Shown here: piece after piece, positions 60,173 through 64,000 of the stretch
Numbering within the stretch: position 1 is the first letter of the stretch
Layout of the letters: every line of letters begins with the position of its first letter
Source of the DNA: an uncultured bacterium
Lineage (GTDB): Bacteria > Bipolaricaulota > Bipolaricaulia > RBG-16-55-9 > DRJF01
Direction: 5' to 3'
Length of the DNA stretch: 64,000 nucleotides
Assembly (NCBI GenBank): GCA_913053845.1
Contig: CAJXGD010000004.1
Span: forward strand, 7,117-71,116
Translations under genes and position numbers: made by a program
The notes under the pieces: model-generated
Databases searched by the model: none
Told to the model about the DNA's origin: nothing
Seen by the model: only the letters and a program-made list of their open reading frames with translations

Positions 60173-60354
60173 GAATGATACCTCCCACGACTGAGATGGC
60201 CCCTATTGTACGAGATGAGTTGACTGAGCGCGAACGGTAGGCTCTGACTCATGACCCTGATTGGGTTTTCCGATGTCATTTCGCTAACCCAGGCAACTTG
60301 CTCCTTCTCACTGGAGAAGAAGGAGCTTTGCAAAACACCTTTCGGCCTGCTGGG

Positions 60355-61296
60355 CTACGCCAGTAGCGCACTTGCCACCGCTCCCAGCGCCAGCAACACC
60401 CCATAGGCCAACTCCACCTTCCCCGTGACCGCCAGAGCCCGATTGAGAGCACGGCCCTGGAGAGTGTAAAATTGCCGCAGTGCCTTTACCATCAGCGGTG
60501 CGGAGAGCCAAACGGCCAGAACCCCTAGCGGCGCCGCTCCGGCCAGCCAGAGGCCAATCGGCGTCAAATAGGGCAATCCCAGCAGCAGGGTGTACTCCAC
60601 CTGTGTGCCCTGGCGACCTAGGCACACCGCCAGGGTGTGTTTGCCTGCTCGGCGGTCGTTCTCCAGGTCTCGGTAGTTATTCACCACCAGGATGGCCGCG
60701 GCCAGAGAGCCCATGAACGCCCCGGCCCACACGGCCAACGGGCTGAGTGCGCCCGTTTGCAGGTAGTAAGTACCTCCCACCGCAAACAGGCCAAAGAAAA
60801 GGAAGACAAACACCTCTCCTAGGTTGTGATACCCCAACGGGAACGGACCACCGGTGTAAGCCAGCGCAGCGACGACGGATGCCACACCAATGCCCAGAAT
60901 CGGCCAACCTCCCACCCAGACCAGGTACAGCCCCAGCAAGGCAGTAGCACCGAAGACTACCCAGGTTCCACCCCAAACCTCCGCGGGCATCAGCCATCCC
61001 TCGGTCGTCACCCGAGGCGGACCTAATCGCTCGCCCATTTGATCTGCTCCCCGCTGGTAATCCTGCACATCGTTGACGAAATTCACCCCCACCTGCAACA
61101 GCAAGGCTACCACCAAGGTGACCAGCGCTACGAGCGGACGAAACTGCCCCTCCGCCAGAGCCAGCCCCCCTCCAACGAGCACAGGTGCCGCGGCGGCGGG
61201 CAAAGTCCAAGGGCGAGCGGCCAGTTTCCAAATTCCCCAGCGGCTCGAGGGGACTTCGTTGGTTGTAACTATAGTATGTTTCCTCCTAGAATTCAC
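60355..61296 (-). CDS. menA: 1,4-dihydroxy-2-naphthoate prenyltransferase
   Basis: ARPWTLPAA, NFVNDVQD, YTGGPFPLGY, VNNYRD...DRRAGKHTLAV; start uncertain (GTG 61296 or ATA 61272). Confidence 0.92.
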   Translation of the reverse strand: MNSRRKHTIVTTNEVPSSRWGIWKLAARPWTLPAAAAPVLVGGGLALAEGQFRPLVALVTLVVALLLQVGVNFVNDVQDYQRGADQMGERLGPPRVTTEGWLMPAEVWGGTWVVFGATALLGLYLVWVGGWPILGIGVASVVAALAYTGGPFPLGYHNLGEVFVFLFFGLFAVGGTYYLQTGALSPLAVWAGAFMGSLAAAILVVNNYRDLENDRRAGKHTLAVCLGRQGTQVEYTLLLGLPYLTPIGLWLAGAAPLGVLAVWLSAPLMVKALRQFYTLQGRALNRALAVTGKVELAYGVLLALGAVASALLA

Positions 61297-61320
61297 ATAA
61301 GGTCTTCCCGCTTAATAGAG

Positions 61321-62001
61321 TTAACCCCTCAGTGGCTCAATGCACTCCGGCCTATCGTGGGCCGGCGAGTTGACCAGTGGCGATACCGCGTAGGCCTCCA
61401 TCTCTTTCGCTGGATAGGGGCGCAGAACCTCCCTCAACTCTCGCTCGCTCCTGACCTGCGGGTCCAGCCAAAGCCCCTCGATCTCTTGGTGCACGATGAC
61501 CGGCATACGGTTGTGAATGGGTCTCACCAGCTCGTTGGACTCCGTCGTGACGATCGAGCAGCTCTTGATCTCTCGACCCTCCGGCGAGCGCCACGACTCC
61601 CACAGACCGGCAAAGCCAAAGTGCCTCTTCGATTTGAGCTGGATGTACATCGGGACCTTGCCTCGCTCCGTCCGACGCCACTCGTAGAAGCCGTCGGCCA
61701 GGATCAGGCAGCGCCGCTCTCTGACGGCGGCACGGAAGCTGGGCTTCTCAAACAGGGTCTCAGCCCGCGCGTTGATCAGCCGATTGCCGATCGCGGGGTC
61801 CTTGGCCCAGGAGGGGATCAGCCCCCAGCGCAGCGAGGTCAGGTCTCGCTCTCCTCCCTGCAAAGCGATGACCGTCAAGACCGGTTGGGTAGGCATGATA
61901 TTGTAGCGCGGTGTATACCCAGATTCAGGAAGTTCCTGGCGCAGCTCAAAACGATCCAAGATGGCGTCGAGGCTGCTGAAGAGCGCGAACCGTCCGCACA
62001 T
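61321..62001 (-). CDS. SOS-response-associated peptidase (SRAP/YedK/HMCES)
   Basis: MCGRF N-terminus, WGLIPSW, INARAET, GFYEW, IHNRMP. Confidence 0.95.
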   Translation of the reverse strand: MCGRFALFSSLDAILDRFELRQELPESGYTPRYNIMPTQPVLTVIALQGGERDLTSLRWGLIPSWAKDPAIGNRLINARAETLFEKPSFRAAVRERRCLILADGFYEWRRTERGKVPMYIQLKSKRHFGFAGLWESWRSPEGREIKSCSIVTTESNELVRPIHNRMPVIVHQEIEGLWLDPQVRSERELREVLRPYPAKEMEAYAVSPLVNSPAHDRPECIEPLRG

Positions 62002-62099
62002 GAAAAGCTCCTTTCCCAGGTCACTCAGCCCTCGCCACAAGGCGAGTCTCTCCCTCAGGATAAAGCAGGACATCTGTAGTGGCAAACGCCCCCCAGGCC

Positions 62100-62216
62100 G
62101 CCGCAGCGGAAAATCCGGCAACTCCTGGGGCACCACCCTCAGGATCGGGCCAACTTGCACATCACCTCCAGCGTTGGATTGCGCTCCACCCGCTCGATGA
62201 AACCCACATAGGAGTA
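62100..62216 (-). pseudogene. XRE-family HTH regulator remnant (frameshifted)
   Basis: YSYVGFIERVERNPTLEVMCKLAR, then a frameshift to LRVVPQELPDF; no start codon found. Confidence 0.55.
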
Positions 62217-62315
62217 CAGAGATCTGGAAATTCTTTGAGATTGACCTGTTGGTGGAAAGACGCTAGACTAATAAGTTACTAGGGCGGGTTAAATGCCGAG
62301 GGAGGGCAACGAACG

Positions 62316-62636
62316 ATGGTATACTTTTACGAGCTGAAGCAAGGACGTTACGAGTGGGCCCAGAGCGTCTTGCTGGTCTCCAGCTTTCAGATCCCTCCTG
62401 AGGTCTTCCGGCGCTTGATCGAGGAGGCGATCGCCGAGACGCCCGGATGGCAGAAGGCCGGCTCGCGTTATCATCCGGACGTCACATATATCGCCAAGCG
62501 GCTGATCGAAAGCTCAGATTACGGCTTTAGGCGCGTCTGGCCCCGCCTGTCGGCGCAGTGCAAAACGGAACGCTGGAAGCTTGGCTTTGAGCTGATAACG
62601 TCCGACGAGGATGATCACAACAAGGAGGCGAGCTAA
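62316..62636 (+). CDS. Hypothetical protein
   Basis: 106-aa ORF with GGAGG RBS; first gene of the ltaE-asd run. Confidence 0.6.
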   Translation: MVYFYELKQGRYEWAQSVLLVSSFQIPPEVFRRLIEEAIAETPGWQKAGSRYHPDVTYIAKRLIESSDYGFRRVWPRLSAQCKTERWKLGFELITSDEDDHNKEAS

Positions 62637-62640
62637 ACCC

Positions 62641-63663
62641 TTGATTGACCTACGCAGTGACACGATCACCCAGCCCACCGAAGCCATGCGCCGGGCGATG
62701 ACCCAGGCCAAGCTGGGCGATGATTATTACCGGGAAGACCCCACAGTCCGCCGCTTGGAAGCCCTATCGGCCGAGCTGCTAGGACAGGAGGCAGGTCTAT
62801 TTGTCACCAGTGGCACGATGGGCAACCTGGTCTCGGTGCTCACCCACACCCGACGCGGCGAAGCGATCATAGTTGAGGCCAGCTCACATGTTTATCTGCA
62901 TGAGAACGGTGGCCTGGCCGCGCTGGCCGGCGTGTTGCCCCGACCGGTCGTTGGAGTCAGGGGCGTAATGGCCCCTGAAGAGATCGAAGCGGCGCTCTTC
63001 GATGATGAACCCTTGCATTCGCGTAATCGCCTGATCTGCATAGAAAACACCCATAACGCTGCCGGCGGCACCTGCTGGAGCATGGCAGCACTGCGGGCGG
63101 CACGTGAGGTGGCCGACCGGCACAATCTGGCGATTCACGTGGATGGGGCCCGTATTTTCAATGCGGCGGTCGCTTTAGACCTCTCACCGGAGCGGTTAGC
63201 TGCCCCGGCCGATTCGCTCACCTTTTGTCTTTCCAAAGGACTGAGTTGTCCTTATGGCTCGCTGATCGTCGGCCCTCAAGATTTTATTGCCGAGGCCAGG
63301 CGCAATCGTCAGCTGGTCGGCGGCGGGGTGCGCCAGGCCGGAGTGATGGCTGCTGCAGGGATCATCGCCCTGGAGACGATGATTGAGCGCCTGGCCGAAG
63401 ATCATCATCATGCGCAGCTATTGGCCGAAGGGCTGCTGGCACTAGGTCTAGAACTGGAACTGGAGAGCGTGCAGACCAACATGGTGTTCTGCCAGATGCC
63501 GGCCGGAAAATTAACTCCGGAAGAGTTGGTGCGACGGCTGGGCGAGCTGGGCGTGCAGATCAACCCGCCGCGCGGGGGGCGCATCCGGCTGGTGACCCAC
63601 TATGGCATTACCGAAGACGATATTCGCCGGACGCTGCGCGCCGCCGAGCGAGCGCTCCCCTAA
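62641..63663 (+). CDS. ltaE: Low-specificity L-threonine aldolase
   Basis: IDLRSDTIT, SGTMGN, IENTHN, HVDGARIFNA, CLSKGL. Confidence 0.93.
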   Translation: MIDLRSDTITQPTEAMRRAMTQAKLGDDYYREDPTVRRLEALSAELLGQEAGLFVTSGTMGNLVSVLTHTRRGEAIIVEASSHVYLHENGGLAALAGVLPRPVVGVRGVMAPEEIEAALFDDEPLHSRNRLICIENTHNAAGGTCWSMAALRAAREVADRHNLAIHVDGARIFNAAVALDLSPERLAAPADSLTFCLSKGLSCPYGSLIVGPQDFIAEARRNRQLVGGGVRQAGVMAAAGIIALETMIERLAEDHHHAQLLAEGLLALGLELELESVQTNMVFCQMPAGKLTPEELVRRLGELGVQINPPRGGRIRLVTHYGITEDDIRRTLRAAERALP

Positions 63664-63677
63664 AGGAGACGGTTAAG

Positions 63678-64000
63678 ATGAAAAAATATCGGGTGGCCGT
63701 AGTGGGCGCGACCGGCGCCGTGGGTCGAGAACTGCTGGGCATATTATCAGAAAGAGAGTTCCCGCTGTGCGAGTTAAGGCTCTTCGCCTCGGAGCGTTCC
63801 CGCGGGCAGACGGTGCGCTGGCGCGGCGAAGAGTACCGGCTGGAGACGCTGGAGGACCTGGATGTTTTTTCCGGAATAGATCTGGTATTCACCTGCACCG
63901 ATACAGAGGTGAGCCGTCGCTTGGTGCCGCAGATCCGAGCGCGCGGGCCGCTGGTGATAGACGACAGCGCGGCCTTCCGCACAGAGCCACAGGTGCCGCT
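63678..64000 (+). CDS. asd: Aspartate-semialdehyde dehydrogenase (3'-truncated by the window)
   Basis: MKKYRVAVVGATGAVG...EREFP...LFASERS...VIDDSAAFR; AAGGAG RBS; not listed in the ORF track. Confidence 0.92.
   Translation, partial: MKKYRVAVVGATGAVGRELLGILSEREFPLCELRLFASERSRGQTVRWRGEEYRLETLEDLDVFSGIDLVFTCTDTEVSRRLVPQIRARGPLVIDDSAAFRTEPQVP

Overview
A GC-rich (roughly 60%, judged by eye), gene-dense bacterial chromosomal window; no rRNA, tRNA or CRISPR array was seen. In order it holds: three tandem PKD surface proteins sharing an Ig/cohesin-like domain and a dockerin-like helical repeat; secA; an O-antigen-ligase/TPR gene bracketed by two toxin-antitoxin modules (relE is broken by an in-frame TAG); a PLD lipoprotein and an orphan 2-oxoacid dehydrogenase E1-alpha; a structured intergenic region between two convergent promoters (candidate ncRNA); tricorn protease and an M20 peptidase; a MoxR/DUF58/RDD/SpoIIM cluster; a LolA-like/ABC exporter operon; rtcB-folE; an Opp-type transporter; a large glycerophosphodiester/glycerol/phosphate cluster; and menA, SRAP, ltaE and asd. 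The best candidate for an undescribed system is at 33457-35816. An unannotated 52-aa prepeptide (ending VVLSGAADKWTGG) precedes a membrane-sensor HD-GYP phosphodiesterase and a DUF5317 protein with signal-peptidase-II-like aspartate motifs, suggesting a peptide-pheromone to c-di-GMP circuit. One of its promoters is duplicated (28/30 bp) in front of the adjacent peptide ABC transporter. Other features missed by the ORF track: a pstS micro-remnant with an intact promoter, GTAG-type REP palindromes, two probable non-AUG starts and an XRE pseudogene. All calls come from motif recognition only; no database searches were run.
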